In this document: positions 35,990-37,566 of the stretch, piece by piece
How positions within the stretch are numbered: position 1 is the stretch's first letter
Layout: every line of letters begins with the position of its first letter
Virus record (IMG/VR): IMGVR_UViG_3300033067_000376
Coordinates: 1-37,566 of that record
Length of the DNA stretch: 37,566 bases
Direction: 5' to 3' (one strand)
Source: a virus
Taxonomy: Duplodnaviria > Caudoviricetes
The notes under the pieces: model-generated
What the model was told of the DNA's origin: nothing
What the model saw: the letters and a program-made list of their open reading frames with translations, nothing else
The model's database searches: none
Translations under genes and position numbers: made by a program

Positions 35990-36778
35990 TTAACCTCCTG
36001 CCTTAGTTGATAGTCCACCAATACCCTGACCAACGGGATCCTTTGACCAGTCAATAGTAACATCCTCAAAAGCATTCAGACCCTTGATAGATGTACGGAC
36101 TGTAGTTGTCGTGCGGTCAGGTACAGTTTGAATAGTGTGCTTGATGTTTCCCTTGCCATCGTTACTAGCTTCACAGATAAAGATATCGGAGAACAATAAG
36201 GGAACCTTGACCTTAAGACGGCCCGTCATCATAGGGCCACGGAAAATCCTTTTCGTTAGATCATCTTGACGTGTTTCCAAGTGTCCAGTCATGATGATAG
36301 TCTTACCCAATGCAGTAGCCTGTCGACAGATATTCTGAAAAGCTAGCATCTGTGGGCCATAGTCATCCTGCTGAGGCCATCCACCAGCCCTACCATTTAC
36401 TGTTAAGACTCGATCCATAATAATGTCAAGGAGGGTAGTGGCGCTGTCGAACACTATCACGTCCACATCCTCAAAAAACCCAGACTTTACACGGTTGTTA
36501 AAGTCCTTTTCCCACTCCACATAGAGTGAGTTTGTGAAAGTAGTTGTTTTATCACCCTTGTCCTTGGACAGGGACTTAATGGAAAGGTTCAATCTGTCAG
36601 GCAAGAATTCTTCGTACTCAATATCGTATCCTTGCAAAGACAGAATAGCATTGGGGTCGAACAAGTAGGCAAACTTCCTCCCTGGGAAGGTGAGCACTTG
36701 GGTGGTTTTCCCGCCACCAGTGTCGCCCAGTAAAAGAAACTTTCTTGCCCCTTGCTGAGGATCTTTTGCATTAGCCAT
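35990..36778 (-). CDS. AAA_24/Sak4-like ATPase (recombination)
   Basis: LLLGDTGGGKTT, VIVFDSAT, DYG, IMTGH. Confidence 0.8.
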   Translation of the reverse strand: MANAKDPQQGARKFLLLGDTGGGKTTQVLTFPGRKFAYLFDPNAILSLQGYDIEYEEFLPDRLNLSIKSLSKDKGDKTTTFTNSLYVEWEKDFNNRVKSGFFEDVDVIVFDSATTLLDIIMDRVLTVNGRAGGWPQQDDYGPQMLAFQNICRQATALGKTIIMTGHLETRQDDLTKRIFRGPMMTGRLKVKVPLLFSDIFICEASNDGKGNIKHTIQTVPDRTTTTVRTSIKGLNAFEDVTIDWSKDPVGQGIGGLSTKAGG

Positions 36779-37028
36779 TGAGTTTAGCCTCCAACTCGGC
36801 AATCTTGGACTTCAAAGCCATAAGCTCGGCTTCCTTATCAGAGACTTCTTCCAACAAATCCATCTGTACTTCGATAGGCCCACGAACAACCACTTTCAAA
36901 GGCTGTCCTGTGTTATATTTCTTTTCAGCATTTTTAATCTTGCCAGCAGCCACAAGTGCAAGAATAGTTGCAGCAGTTTCCGAGTCCATTGCATAAGAAG
37001 TGTAACCAATTGTCAGGACATTAACCAT
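36771..37028 (-). CDS. Hypothetical protein (85 aa)
   Basis: Coupled in the operon; C-terminal coiled coil. Confidence 0.6.
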   Translation of the reverse strand: MVNVLTIGYTSYAMDSETAATILALVAAGKIKNAEKKYNTGQPLKVVVRGPIEVQMDLLEEVSDKEAELMALKSKIAELEAKLNG

Positions 37029-37566
37029 TTCCTTTCTCCATTGTAAGTTGTTCTTTCAGTGACTCAAAACCTTTCACATCGAAAGGCTCCCAAACTTCCA
37101 CCTTAAATCCAGGTGGAGGCCCATCTAGCTTTGTTGGGTCTGGCACGATGCGACAAATATCCAAGAAGGGACAACTGCCATACTTACCAAAGCAAGAATC
37201 TTCATTCTTCGGAAACGTAACAGCAGCGGATACTCCAGCTTTGTGCTGCTGAATTGCATCAGTTACAGTGTTTGCCCAAGTTAGCGTCGTTGTTACCCAT
37301 TCTTGGATTAGGTCAACACTGTGACTGACTGGAACAAACTTAAAACCCTCATGAATCTTTTTGTGGACTAGCGCGCAATCCACCCAGACATCGTCAACAC
37401 TACCATAAAAGAGCGTTCCACCGTATTCATAGCCTTTGACTTGAGAACTTGACCACCAAGAGTCAAGATAGTTTTGCTCAAAAAATCCCGACACTCGATA
37501 AAGACTCGTAGTCTTATGTTCAATAATAGTCGTTCGACCATTCAGCTTAATTACTTTATCAAGCTT
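37021..37566 (-). CDS. PD-(D/E)XK nuclease (Cas4/RecB-like), 5'-truncated by the window edge
   Basis: Frame is open to the window end: KLDKVI...IIEHKT, Q..GY, C-terminal C......CPF..IC. Confidence 0.8.
   Translation of the reverse strand, partial: KLDKVIKLNGRTTIIEHKTTSLYRVSGFFEQNYLDSWWSSSQVKGYEYGGTLFYGSVDDVWVDCALVHKKIHEGFKFVPVSHSVDLIQEWVTTTLTWANTVTDAIQQHKAGVSAAVTFPKNEDSCFGKYGSCPFLDICRIVPDPTKLDGPPPGFKVEVWEPFDVKGFESLKEQLTMEKGNG

Noticed and set aside
37021-37566. Cas4 indicating a CRISPR-Cas system
   Set aside because: No array or other cas genes; stand-alone phage nuclease in a recombination context.
1-37566. Integrase, repressor, tRNA or rRNA genes
   Set aside because: None recognised by eye; the genome continues past the right edge, so lifestyle remains unproven.

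Overview
This window is most of a lytic-looking dsDNA phage genome with podovirus-type (P22-like) head and tail organisation. The host is probably Gram-negative (amidase, holin and an Rz/Rz1-type spanin pair). The left ~1.8 kb is GC-richer and largely non-coding: short repeat arrays, one leftward gene, a near-consensus sigma70 promoter and three GNA mini-hairpins. The + strand (1.3-29.1 kb) carries a putative terS, a tail-appendage cluster with a sulfotransferase, terL, portal, GroES, scaffold, capsid, tail, three ejection proteins and lysis genes. The - strand (29.2-37.6 kb) carries a helicase-like ATPase, a split PolA, a ParB-methyltransferase fusion, a DEDDh exonuclease, an SSB, a Sak4-like ATPase and a truncated PD-(D/E)XK nuclease. 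The most notable feature is the ~2350-aa ejection protein. It contains a lytic transglycosylase, an SPPY DNA methyltransferase and an ECF-type sigma factor; the last two are bracketed by a repeated Q-x-G plus hydrophobic-hairpin module spaced exactly 1020 nt apart, which resembles prepilin-peptidase sites. A 15-bp palindrome (TTCAYAWTRTGAA core) also recurs seven times at module boundaries. All calls come from reading motifs by eye; no database searches were run.
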